Origin: Actinomycetota bacterium
Lineage (GTDB): Bacteria; Actinomycetota; Acidimicrobiia; Acidimicrobiales; Ilumatobacteraceae
DNA length: 64,000 nt
Direction: 5' to 3'
Assembly: GCA_016870865.1 (NCBI GenBank)
Contig: VGAC01000002.1
Location: forward strand, 25,792-89,791
A program made the position numbers and the translations under genes. Shown one piece after another: positions 10,176 through 18,755 of this stretch; the first letter of the stretch is position 1, and every line of letters begins with the position of its first letter. The notes under the pieces were generated by a model. That model was not told the DNA's origin, did no database searches, and saw only the letters and a list, made by a program, of their open reading frames with translations.

Positions 10176-11043
10176 TTTGATGGATGCCGAACTCGATCCC
10201 GTCGAGTGGGCACGCGTGCGCGAAGACGAGGGCTGGCACGTCCTGGGTTGCGCCGATCACTTCTTTAGCGCCACCAAGACCTATCCCCACGTGTGGGTGA
10301 CGCTCGCCGCCATGGCGTCGGCGACCACGAAGGTGAACCTCACGACGTCCTTTGCCAACAATCTCTTCCGTTCACCCGTCGAATTCGCACAGGCATCGCT
10401 GCAGATGCAACGCATTTCACACGGCCGATTCGAGGCGGGTCTCGGAGCGGGTTGGGAGCGGGCCGAAGCCATCGGAGCCGACATCGACTATCCCGAGGCG
10501 GCGGTTCGCGCCGAGCGGTTCATCGAAGCGGCCAAGATCGTGCGCCAGTTCTTCGACACCGGCGCCTGCAGGTTCGAGGGCAAGCACTACGACATCGACG
10601 TGCCGCGCCTCGGGCCCGTCCCGGCCGGGGGTGCACCTCCCCTCGTGTGCTCGCTCGGCGGACCGCGCACGATCAGGAACATCGCCCCGATTGCCGACCG
10701 TGTCGAGGTGAAGTTGATCTCGAACATCACCCGCGACGGTGCTGTGAATCTGTCCGCAATGGCAAGCGTGCCCGAATCGCATCTTCATGATCTGGTGAAA
10801 CAGATTCGCGACGTCAATCCCACGGTTCCGCTCAGCGTGTTCATTCTCTGTTCGGCGGGCGATGACGAACGCTCCAAGAGTGTCGAGTCCATGCTCGGTG
10901 ACTCGTTCCTCGGTGAGTTCTTCGGCGCACCAGGAAAGGTGGCGGCGGCGATGGTGCGGCTTGCCGACGCAGGCGTGGACCGCATCGAGGTCAGCCCGTT
11001 CACCGAGGCGAGCTTTGCGGCACTCGCCAGGGAGCTGTTTTGA
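10159..11043 (+). CDS. LLM-class flavin/F420-dependent oxidoreductase
   Basis: 294 aa of luciferase-like monooxygenase type (GCADHFF..., ISHGRFEAGLGAGWER). An alternative start is ATG 10180. Confidence 0.75.
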   Translation: MDFIANLMDAELDPVEWARVREDEGWHVLGCADHFFSATKTYPHVWVTLAAMASATTKVNLTTSFANNLFRSPVEFAQASLQMQRISHGRFEAGLGAGWERAEAIGADIDYPEAAVRAERFIEAAKIVRQFFDTGACRFEGKHYDIDVPRLGPVPAGGAPPLVCSLGGPRTIRNIAPIADRVEVKLISNITRDGAVNLSAMASVPESHLHDLVKQIRDVNPTVPLSVFILCSAGDDERSKSVESMLGDSFLGEFFGAPGKVAAAMVRLADAGVDRIEVSPFTEASFAALARELF

Positions 11044-11121
11044 TCAGAGCGTCGTGACGACCCGCGAGCAGTCGAGTCGCGGCAGCGGTGGATCGTCCCC
11101 GAATTCGTGGCGGAAGGTCGG

Positions 11122-11207
11122 TGCCCGGGGTGGGGATCGAACCCACACGGTCCTTTCGGACCAGGGGGGTTTAAGCCCCCCGCGTCTGCCAATTCCGCCA
11201 CCCGGAC
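11122..11207 (-). tRNA. tRNA-Leu (anticodon UAA)
   Basis: The reverse complement folds as a class II tRNA: acceptor GUCCGGG/CCCGGGC, anticodon loop CUUAAAC, long variable arm GGUCCGAAAGGACC and T-loop GGUUCGAUCC. CCA is not encoded. Confidence 0.9.
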
Positions 11208-11214
11208 GCGAACG

Positions 11215-11568
11215 TCAGGCTACGCGTGAAACATTGCCAACCCTTTGGCCCGCGGCAACGGCCGAGACCAAAAGGGGCGTGACGGCCGACCACAACGCGG
11301 CGCGCACGGTGTCGGACTCGGGAGGCGCGATGTTGTTGACGACGATGACACCGTCGATCATGTCGGCGAGAACCGCGGCAACCGGACGGTTCTTGACCGC
11401 GACGGCAACGACGCCGCCACCCGGCCGGCGACGTACGGTGCGCTGGGCGCCGACGATGCGCGGGGGCATGCGAAAACCGGGGGCAACAAGGCCGAAACGC
11501 CCCGCGACGGTGCCCAAGAGGTTCGCGGCACTCACAAAGGTGGTGTTGTTCATGCCCGCTGTCGTCAC
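11215..11568 (-). CDS. hypothetical protein
   Basis: 117 aa with coding-like composition (…GFRMPPRIVGAQRTVRRRPGGGVVAVAVKNRPVAAVLADMIDGVIVVN…), whereas the opposite-strand ORFs are Arg/Gly/Asp junk. I do not recognise a family. Confidence 0.5.
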   Translation of the reverse strand: MTTAGMNNTTFVSAANLLGTVAGRFGLVAPGFRMPPRIVGAQRTVRRRPGGGVVAVAVKNRPVAAVLADMIDGVIVVNNIAPPESDTVRAALWSAVTPLLVSAVAAGQRVGNVSRVA

Positions 11569-11618
11569 GCCAACATAGTGACATCGGGGTGTGACACGGC
11601 CGTCCTAAATTTGTCGGG

Positions 11619-12551
11619 ATGAGCGCCGAACCCCTCAACCCAATCCAGCAAATGGTGCTTGATTCACTCGCCAAACGCCCCGATTTCGTGCCGTCCGCCC
11701 CCGGGCTGGCGGACGAAATCGAAGCCCACGTGTCCGAGGCGCTCGAACCAATCGCCGTCAACTACACACCTGCTCATCCGCTCAAAATCAGCAAGCACGT
11801 GCTGAACACGGTCCACGGATGCGAGGCCCGGTACGTCGCCAACCGCGACACTTTCGCATGGTCCGTTCCGCTGGTTCGTGGCACCGTGCTGCACAAAGCC
11901 ATAGAGCTTCTCATCAATGTTCGGGGGCCCCGAACACCTTCGGACATTGTCGACGACGCGCTCGACCGCATCGTCGAATCCGAACGTGGAACGGCCTCCG
12001 ACTTCATCGCCTCGTTGTCGCCCGCCGAGCAAGCCGAACTACGTGCCACCGTCGTCGACCTCGTCACGAAATACGAAGACTCGTTCCCGCCGCTCAAGCC
12101 GGAGTGGCGACCCGTCGTCGAATCGAACGCCAAGGCCGAACTCTGCGGCGGTTCGATCTTCCTCACGTCGCGCACCGACCTCACCATCGGCCCACCGGGG
12201 AGCAAGGTCATCATCGACCTGAAAACCGGACGCCCCAGCGCCACCCACCGCGAGGACCTGCGGTTCTACTCACTCGTTGAAATTCTCAAATCACGCCAGG
12301 CCCCGCGTCTCGCCGCCACATTCAACGTCGACACGCAGCGCATCGACGCCGAACCAGTCACGACCGACACCTTGCGTTCCGCCGTCCGCCGTCTCGTGGA
12401 GGGTGCGCAACTTCTCGACGAACTCGACCGCCGGAGGCGTCCCGCCACAAAATCGCCCGGCTTCACCTGTCGCTGGTGTTCATTGCTGTCCTCGTGCGAC
12501 GATGGCCGCACGTTCCTCGAAACCGACAGCGACAACTCCGACGCCTACTGA
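11619..12551 (+). CDS. PD-(D/E)XK nuclease family protein, Cas4/RecB-like with Cys cluster
   Basis: 310 aa. Has one N-terminal Cys (VHGCEARY), the core DLTIG...VIIDLKTG...EDLRFY (D...D/ExK pattern) and a C-terminal CRWCSLLSSC. The 1+3 Cys arrangement matches Fe-S containing Cas4/AddB nuclease domains. Confidence 0.75.
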   Translation: MSAEPLNPIQQMVLDSLAKRPDFVPSAPGLADEIEAHVSEALEPIAVNYTPAHPLKISKHVLNTVHGCEARYVANRDTFAWSVPLVRGTVLHKAIELLINVRGPRTPSDIVDDALDRIVESERGTASDFIASLSPAEQAELRATVVDLVTKYEDSFPPLKPEWRPVVESNAKAELCGGSIFLTSRTDLTIGPPGSKVIIDLKTGRPSATHREDLRFYSLVEILKSRQAPRLAATFNVDTQRIDAEPVTTDTLRSAVRRLVEGAQLLDELDRRRRPATKSPGFTCRWCSLLSSCDDGRTFLETDSDNSDAY

Positions 12552-13108
12552 ACGTCCATCAGCGCGAAGGGAACGCCGAGCCCGGCGCCCGACCGTGCCG
12601 TTGCGATGCGGCGTCCCCTCTGTGTGGCCGGTTTCGGGGCTCCGATGAGCTCGGGCCCGGCGAGCCCACACACGGCGTCGAGGTCGGTGACGTTGACGAC
12701 GAATCCCCACAGATGCGGCTGGTCGACCACGCCTCCCCCAGCGACGACTTCGACGATGACGTTGTCGACCCGGTGGAAGCCCTGGGACACACCGTTGCCC
12801 GCATCGCGCACACGCTTGCACGGTGCGCCGGTGAGACGCGTGACTTCGGCACAGGTGGACTCGAGGTCGTTCGTACGCCACACCACGTGGTCGACACCCA
12901 AACAGCCGATGGTCCCCGGTGGGCCCGCAAAGGGCTGGTCGGCGAGTTGCCAGCCGACCGAGCCGACTCGACGAGACGTGTCGACGATCAGCAACACGTC
13001 GGACAAAGAAAAAAGGGTTCGCGTCCCCTCGGTGGAGAGTTTCGCGAACCCCAGTGACTCCCACGGCTCGGGAGCGCCACCCACCGTCAAGGCGGCGATG
13101 GATGTCAT
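12545..13108 (-). CDS. VOC/glyoxalase-like family protein
   Basis: Internal ATG at 13108 (MTSIAALTVGG...) gives 187 aa with two beta-alpha-beta-beta-beta-like halves (GVDHVVWRTNDLE..., LWGFVVNVTDLD). The upstream part of track ORF 12545..13531 is junk. Confidence 0.6.
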   Translation of the reverse strand: MTSIAALTVGGAPEPWESLGFAKLSTEGTRTLFSLSDVLLIVDTSRRVGSVGWQLADQPFAGPPGTIGCLGVDHVVWRTNDLESTCAEVTRLTGAPCKRVRDAGNGVSQGFHRVDNVIVEVVAGGGVVDQPHLWGFVVNVTDLDAVCGLAGPELIGAPKPATQRGRRIATARSGAGLGVPFALMDVQ

Positions 13109-13130
13109 TGCAGGAACGTGGGTCTGCGGC

Positions 13131-13217
13131 TCAGCCGCGACCCATGTTCGGACGCTTGCCGTGGTTGGCCTTCGAGCGGCGGAGGCGGGCCTTGCGCTTT
13201 TTCGTCTTTTTCGACAT
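13131..13217 (-). CDS. mini ribosomal protein bL37-like (28 aa)
   Basis: ATG at 13217 and TGA at 13131..13133. The product is MSKKTKKRKARLRRSKANHGKRPNMGRG. The ORF falls below the track size cut-off. The ..ANHGKRPN.. core matches my recollection of actinobacterial bL37. Confidence 0.6.
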   Translation of the reverse strand: MSKKTKKRKARLRRSKANHGKRPNMGRG

Positions 13218-13242
13218 AGATCCGCAACGCTATCGCGGGGTG

Positions 13243-14538
13243 TCATCGACGCCACCGGTTGCGGGACTCCGTCTCTGAGGGTTTGCAGGTGTAGCTCACG
13301 CCCTTGTCCGACACGCCTGTCGCACCGAGCGGCGCGCAGAACGCGCCGGGGCTCACCGTGCTCGTCGCAGGTGCGCCACCCGCCGACGCGGCCGGTGGCA
13401 CGGCCGGAGCCGCAGGACTCGTCCGTGTCGCACAACCCGCCAGTGCCGACTTGACCGCAGCGTGTTCGCCCTCGTCCATCGACAGCGACCACCGCGCCTT
13501 GATCGACACCCAATTCGCAAGGTAGGTGCACCTATAGGAAGCAAGCGGCGGCAACCATTCGGTCGGGTCCTTGTCGGACTTGGATTGGTTGACCGAGTCG
13601 GTGACGGCCAAGAGCGTGCGGTCGTCGGTGAGGTCGTTGGCGTAGTTGGTCCGCTGCTGGGTCGACCAGGCATAGCCACCCGACTGCCACGCCTCGTTCA
13701 ACGCAACGACATGGTCGATGTCGACATCGGACGGGTTCGTCCATGTCGCGCCGTCGTAGGGCGAGTACCACGTTCCACTCGAAACGGTGCACGACGATCC
13801 AACGACCACCTTCGTTTGACTGTCACGTTTGAGAACCTCTCTGCGGGTATCGCAGCCGTCAGCGTCGAGATCTTTCCAATGCGGAAACAGTTCGCGGTCG
13901 TAACCCACGGTGTACTCGGGAACGATGCGGATGGTGGCCAGCACCTCGAGGGCCGACGACCCTGCCACCGGAACGGCCACTTTTGACGACGTGGTCGGTG
14001 CGGCGGCGACCGTCGTCGAGGGCATCGGTACCGTCGCACCAACGGTTGAGGTGGTCGTCGTCGTCGTCGTCGTCGTCGTCGGAACGGCCAACGCCCCGCA
14101 CGTGGCGACAAGGCGGCCGAGGAGCGCCGCCTCGGCCGGGTCGACCGTCAGGCTCCACGTCTTTTTCACCGCTATCCACTTGGCTACGTAGACACAACGT
14201 TTTGCCGGAGTGGGCAACCACTGCGCAGGATCACGGTCGCCGCGTTCGGCATTCGTTTCGACCGACAGGCCGATGCCGGCCGAGCGCGCGCCCGCACTTC
14301 GCGCGAACGACGAGCGCCGAGCCGCCGACCACGAGTTTGCCCCGGACTCCCACGCTTCGCGCAGCGGCACGACGAAGGGCACGCGCGACGAGCCCGCCCC
14401 CGCAAAGCGGGCGGGTGAGAAACCGGTGCGGACTTCGGCGCGGACTTCGAGACCGCTGACAGGTTCGACGGCACGCGCCAGGTTGGGATCAGAGACGACG
14501 AGCGTGGCGCCGCATGCGACCACGAGCCATCGCTTCAT
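13243..14538 (-). CDS. secreted DUF1524/HNH-type nuclease family protein with tandem (one degenerate) domains
   Basis: Internal ATG at 14538 gives signal peptide MKRWLVVACGATLVVS..ARA. The C-terminal module has GYDRELFPHWKD.DGDGC.TR, DIDHVVALNEAW and NQSKSDKDP.EWLP. The N-terminal module repeats its second half without the DIDH histidine. A Thr10 linker joins them. Confidence 0.75.
   Translation of the reverse strand: MKRWLVVACGATLVVSDPNLARAVEPVSGLEVRAEVRTGFSPARFAGAGSSRVPFVVPLREAWESGANSWSAARRSSFARSAGARSAGIGLSVETNAERGDRDPAQWLPTPAKRCVYVAKWIAVKKTWSLTVDPAEAALLGRLVATCGALAVPTTTTTTTTTTSTVGATVPMPSTTVAAAPTTSSKVAVPVAGSSALEVLATIRIVPEYTVGYDRELFPHWKDLDADGCDTRREVLKRDSQTKVVVGSSCTVSSGTWYSPYDGATWTNPSDVDIDHVVALNEAWQSGGYAWSTQQRTNYANDLTDDRTLLAVTDSVNQSKSDKDPTEWLPPLASYRCTYLANWVSIKARWSLSMDEGEHAAVKSALAGCATRTSPAAPAVPPAASAGGAPATSTVSPGAFCAPLGATGVSDKGVSYTCKPSETESRNRWRR
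14054..14080 (-). repeat. (GTC)9 trinucleotide microsatellite encoding the poly-Thr linker
   Basis: There are nine perfect GTC units on the plus strand, which read as ACG (Thr) in the coding frame of the nuclease gene. Confidence 0.9.
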
Positions 14539-14543
14539 CGCAG

Positions 14544-14795
14544 TCAGGCACCAATCGCCAGGTCCATCTCGATGAAGATGCACTCGCCCGGGCACACATC
14601 GGCCGCTTTGACCACCGACCCGTGGTGACGCGACGGGACCCACGCGAGGCTCCGCGCTCCACCCGGGTCGTTCAACGGCGAACCTTCCTCGGCGACGTAG
14701 GCGATGCCGTCTTCCAACTGCACGAAAACGTCGGGGCAGTGATCCACGCACAAACCGTCACCCGTGCACAGGTCTTGGTCGATCCACACGCGCAT
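14544..14795 (-). CDS. single-cluster ferredoxin
   Basis: Internal ATG at 14795 gives MRVWIDQDLCTGDGLCVDHCPDVF...VCPGECIFIE (83 aa), the actinobacterial Fdx pattern. It ends 5 nt before the nuclease gene start. Confidence 0.8.
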   Translation of the reverse strand: MRVWIDQDLCTGDGLCVDHCPDVFVQLEDGIAYVAEEGSPLNDPGGARSLAWVPSRHHGSVVKAADVCPGECIFIEMDLAIGA

Positions 14796-14843
14796 CGACC
14801 AAAATCTACCCGCGCGATCGTGCTTCTGCCCTACCCTGACGCC

Positions 14844-16880
14844 GTGACCGACGCCGTGACACCCCGCGCCGCGCGGCGCGGACATGTGCGCCGGCGGGTC
14901 ACGGGTGACGTCGACGATCCGTGGGCATGGTTGCAGAACCGAAACGACGCGGAAACGATCGCCTATCTCGAATCAGAGAACGCTTTCGCCGATTCATGGT
15001 TCGGTGCGGGAACACCGTCGATTGACGACGTGTTCGGCGAGATCAAGTCCCGTGTCGTGGAGACCGACATGTCGGTGCCGGTACGGCACGGTGACTGGTG
15101 GTACGTCTCCCAGACCCGCGAGGGTCTTGCCTATCCGGTGCATTGCAGGGGTCGCAGCGCAACCGCCGCAACCGAGACCGTTCTGCTCGACGAGAACGTC
15201 GAGGCGGGCGACAACGAGTATTTCGGCCTCGGTATTTTCGAAATCGACCGCATGCACTCCTTGGTTGCGTGGTCGCGCGACCTCGACGGCAGCGAGCAGT
15301 ACGAAATGCTGATCCGCAACCTCACCACCGGCGTCGACCTCGACGATCGCCTCACGGGCACGTCGTACGCCGGTGCCGCCTTCAGCAGCGATTCGGCGTA
15401 CCTGTTCTATGTGTTGAATGACGAGGCGATGCGCCCCTGTCGGGTGATGCGCCACCGCATCGGCGACCCACAATCGGCCGACGTCGAGGTCTTCAACGAA
15501 TCCGACGAACGCTTCTACGTCGGTGTCAGAGTCACGCGGTCAGGGCGCTTCATCATCATCGAAGCGGCGTCACGTACGAGCAGCGAGTGCATGATCATCG
15601 ACGCGACGAAACCACTCGAACATCCGCGACTGGTTCGCGCTCGCAGCGCCGACCTCGAGTACTCGGTCGATGACTGGGGTGACCGATTCGTCATTCTCAC
15701 GAACCTCGATGCGATGGACTTCCGCATCGTGACGGCACCGCACGACAACCCGGGTGATTGGACCGAACTCGAGCCGCACGAGGCGGGGTGCCGCATCACC
15801 GATGTCGATGCTTTCGAGAGTTTCCTCGCCATCACCGAATGGAAAGATGCGCAACCCCGTATTCGATTGCTTCACCGGGACGGTGGGCGCTGCGTGGTGC
15901 CCGTCATCGACGAACCCCACGATGTCGAGGTGGACTCGAACCCACAGTGGGTGACGGGGGTGCTTCGCTTTTCGTACCAGTCGATGCTCACTCCCCCGAC
16001 CGTCGCCGAATTCGACGTCGAGAGCGCCAATGTGAACGTCTTGAAGCGTGTGGATACGCCGAACGTCAACCCCATCGATTACGTCTCGTTCCGTGAATGG
16101 GCAACTGCCGATGACGGCACGCGCATTCCACTCGACGTGATGGTGCGTCGCGACACACCGACCGACGGCACCTCACCCGGCGTTCTCTACGCGTACGGCA
16201 GTTACGAATACTCGATTGCGCCCCGTTTTTCGGTCTCACATTTTTCGATGCTCGACCGGGGCTGGCTTTGGGCGATCGCCCATCCGCGCGGGGGTGGTGA
16301 ACTCGGCCGCCGTTGGTACCTCGAGGGCCGACTCCTCAACAAGCGCAACACGTTCACCGACACGATCGCCTGCGCGCGACACCTCGAGGAACGTGCCCTC
16401 GTCGGCCGTCGCCGCCTTGCCTTGTACGGCGGAAGTGCCGGAGGGCTTCTCGTCGGGGCGTGCTTGAACATCGCACCCGAATCGTTCGGTGCTGCCGTCG
16501 CAGCGGTTCCGTTCGTCGACGTGGTGTCGACGATGAGTGATCCATCACTTCCCCTCACGGTCACCGAATGGGAGGAATGGGGCGACCCGCGCGTCGAGCC
16601 TTGGGCGTCGTACATGCTGTCGTACTCGCCGTACGACAACGTGAAGCAGCGTGACTACCCACCTCTGTACGTCACCGCTGGCCTCAACGACCCGCGTGTG
16701 GGGTACCACGAACCGGCGAAGTGGGTCGCAAAGCTGCGCGCACTGGACTCACCCCCCGTCGTCTACTTCCGTTGCGAGATGGGGTCGGGCCACGGCGGGC
16801 CGTCGGGTCGCTACGAACTCTGGCGCGACGAGGCCCACAACCTCGTCTTCATGCTGCGAATGCTCACGCCCCGGCGATGA
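14844..16880 (+). CDS. ptrB: oligopeptidase B / prolyl oligopeptidase family S9A serine protease
   Basis: The N-terminus GDVDDPWAWLQNRND..YLESENAF is typical of oligopeptidase B. Also has the catalytic GGSAGGLL and C-terminal D and H regions. The start is taken as the in-frame GTG at 14844 (or 14856); the track ORF start at 14514 is antisense overlap. Confidence 0.88.
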   Translation: MTDAVTPRAARRGHVRRRVTGDVDDPWAWLQNRNDAETIAYLESENAFADSWFGAGTPSIDDVFGEIKSRVVETDMSVPVRHGDWWYVSQTREGLAYPVHCRGRSATAATETVLLDENVEAGDNEYFGLGIFEIDRMHSLVAWSRDLDGSEQYEMLIRNLTTGVDLDDRLTGTSYAGAAFSSDSAYLFYVLNDEAMRPCRVMRHRIGDPQSADVEVFNESDERFYVGVRVTRSGRFIIIEAASRTSSECMIIDATKPLEHPRLVRARSADLEYSVDDWGDRFVILTNLDAMDFRIVTAPHDNPGDWTELEPHEAGCRITDVDAFESFLAITEWKDAQPRIRLLHRDGGRCVVPVIDEPHDVEVDSNPQWVTGVLRFSYQSMLTPPTVAEFDVESANVNVLKRVDTPNVNPIDYVSFREWATADDGTRIPLDVMVRRDTPTDGTSPGVLYAYGSYEYSIAPRFSVSHFSMLDRGWLWAIAHPRGGGELGRRWYLEGRLLNKRNTFTDTIACARHLEERALVGRRRLALYGGSAGGLLVGACLNIAPESFGAAVAAVPFVDVVSTMSDPSLPLTVTEWEEWGDPRVEPWASYMLSYSPYDNVKQRDYPPLYVTAGLNDPRVGYHEPAKWVAKLRALDSPPVVYFRCEMGSGHGGPSGRYELWRDEAHNLVFMLRMLTPRR

Positions 16881-17262
16881 CGAGGCCCGCCGCGGCGACC
16901 AGCAGCGCGTTGCGCACGACGCTCGCCCACGAGATGGGCGTTGCGCGCACCGCGCCGAAACACATGCAGCGGGGTCGCTGGCCCGTGGCCAGGACGCGCA
17001 CCAACGCAGCCGTGAACGCAACGAGCATCACGGCCGCGGCGGCCGCGGAGGCAACCGGGGCCAGTCTCAAGATGAGCAGTGTGCCGACAAGGACTTCAAG
17101 CCACGGCAGGGCAATCCGCAGGACGGAATCAACGGCAGCGTTCCCGGTCGAAAAAGGCGTCCCCGCAACCTGCCAAGCCGCACGACTCGCGATCTTTGCG
17201 ACACCCGACCATTCAAAGACGAGGCCCAGTACGACGGCGGCCAGCGAACCCCAGGTCGTCAC
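16864..17262 (-). CDS. MauE/DoxX-like membrane protein
   Basis: GTG at 17262 gives VTTWGSLAAVVLGLVFEWSGVAKI...CMCFG, four hydrophobic helices with the MauE-type Cys pair. The start is uncertain. Confidence 0.55.
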   Translation of the reverse strand: MTTWGSLAAVVLGLVFEWSGVAKIASRAAWQVAGTPFSTGNAAVDSVLRIALPWLEVLVGTLLILRLAPVASAAAAAVMLVAFTAALVRVLATGQRPRCMCFGAVRATPISWASVVRNALLVAAAGLVIAGA

Positions 17263-17269
17263 GGCGCGA

Positions 17270-17758
17270 TCACCCGGCCGGGGTGACCGGCACGACCTTG
17301 CCGCGGTAGAACGCCAACGCGTTCTCGTCGCCCGCAGAGTCGAGATACGTGACGTGACCGACCGCAAAATGATGGTCACCGTGCACGTCGTTGGACTCCA
17401 GGTCACAATCGATCACCACGATCGAACCGGCAAGCCGCGGACAACCGTTCCGCGATGGCGACCAGTCGACACCAGCGAATCGGTCGTCTGATTCCTTCGC
17501 GAAGCGCCAGCACAGTTCATCCTGATTGGCGGCAAGAACATTGACCGTGAACTTCTTCGCAGCAGCGATGCCCGACCACGTGCGCGAAGAGACCCCGGGC
17601 AAGAAGCCCACCAGTGGTGGGTCGAGGGAAACCGAAACGAACGACCCGATGGTGACGCCCTGGGGCGCGCCATCGGGGTCGAATCCCGTCACCACGACGA
17701 CACTCGTTGGCACCTGGCCCAGCACCTGGCGAAAGAGTTGTGAATCGAAGCCCACCAC
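17270..17758 (-). CDS. flavin reductase family protein (FMN-binding split barrel)
   Basis: 162 aa containing FRQVLGQVPTSVVVVTG....GVTIGSFVSVSLDPPLV, as in HpaC/NADH:flavin reductases. Confidence 0.85.
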   Translation of the reverse strand: MVGFDSQLFRQVLGQVPTSVVVVTGFDPDGAPQGVTIGSFVSVSLDPPLVGFLPGVSSRTWSGIAAAKKFTVNVLAANQDELCWRFAKESDDRFAGVDWSPSRNGCPRLAGSIVVIDCDLESNDVHGDHHFAVGHVTYLDSAGDENALAFYRGKVVPVTPAG

Positions 17759-17799
17759 GAAAGAAAACTAGACCAGAACGGTCCGACTTGATCGACAGG

Positions 17800-18672
17800 T
17801 CAGACCAAAACGGTCTGGCCTTCGTGCGCCGCAAAGACCTCACAGCCGGCGGAGGCCGCGGCGCCGCGCAGGCACGACAACCGGGCATCGAGTGCGTCGT
17901 CGGAGCGCGAGGGGTCGTGGTGGAAGAGTGCAAGGTTCTTGACGCCGTGGGTCGTGGCGACCCACACCGCGTACTCGGCCGTGCAGTGGCCCCAGTCGGC
18001 TTTCTGGACGAACTCTTCGGGCGTGTACTGCGAATCGTGGATCAAGAGGTCGACGCCGTCGACGAGCTCGCGGGAAGCGTCGCTGATGCCGTACGAACCG
18101 TCCACGGGTTGTTGATGATCGGGAAGGTACGCGATCGAGCGGCCGTTGAAGTCGAGTCGGTAGCCGAAGGTTGGGCCGACGTGTGGGACGTACTTCGCGG
18201 TGACCTTCACGTGATCGACGAAAAACTCGCCCTCGTCGGTGTCGACAAAGTCGATCGTGCCGGGAATCCGATCGAGGTCCACCGGGAACAGTGGCGGACT
18301 CACCAGCTTGTCGAACATTTGCCTCACGCTCATGCCGTCCTCCTGCCGGGGACCGTGCACTCTGAAGGTGGTGTCGGGATTCAAAAGCGGTGCGAAGAAC
18401 GGGAGACCCTGGGTGTGGTCGAAGTGCGAGTGGGTGAGAAGGCACGTGCCGACGAACTTGGAGTCGCGTGTCAGGCACTCACTGCCAAAGGAACGGAGTC
18501 CGGTTCCCAAGTCGAAGAGAATCGGCTGACTGTCCGGTGACAGGACCGACACACACGACGTGTTGCCCCCGTAGCGGACGATGTCGCTGCCGTGACACGG
18601 GGTCGAACCACGCACCCCGTGGAATGTGACGCTGAACGCGGCGCCACGATTCGATTCACGAAAGACCCCCAT
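17800..18672 (-). CDS. MBL-fold metallo-hydrolase
   Basis: Internal ATG at 18672. Contains FHGVRGS, the HxHxDH motif LLTHSHFDHTQG and a later HD/H region. Confidence 0.85.
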   Translation of the reverse strand: MGVFRESNRGAAFSVTFHGVRGSTPCHGSDIVRYGGNTSCVSVLSPDSQPILFDLGTGLRSFGSECLTRDSKFVGTCLLTHSHFDHTQGLPFFAPLLNPDTTFRVHGPRQEDGMSVRQMFDKLVSPPLFPVDLDRIPGTIDFVDTDEGEFFVDHVKVTAKYVPHVGPTFGYRLDFNGRSIAYLPDHQQPVDGSYGISDASRELVDGVDLLIHDSQYTPEEFVQKADWGHCTAEYAVWVATTHGVKNLALFHHDPSRSDDALDARLSCLRGAAASAGCEVFAAHEGQTVLV

Positions 18673-18755
18673 CGCAATCGAAAGGTAAACCCGAAGTGAG
18701 CGGGAGCAAACGGTCGGGACACGTGACCTTCGTCGCAACGACTAGTTTTTCGTTC

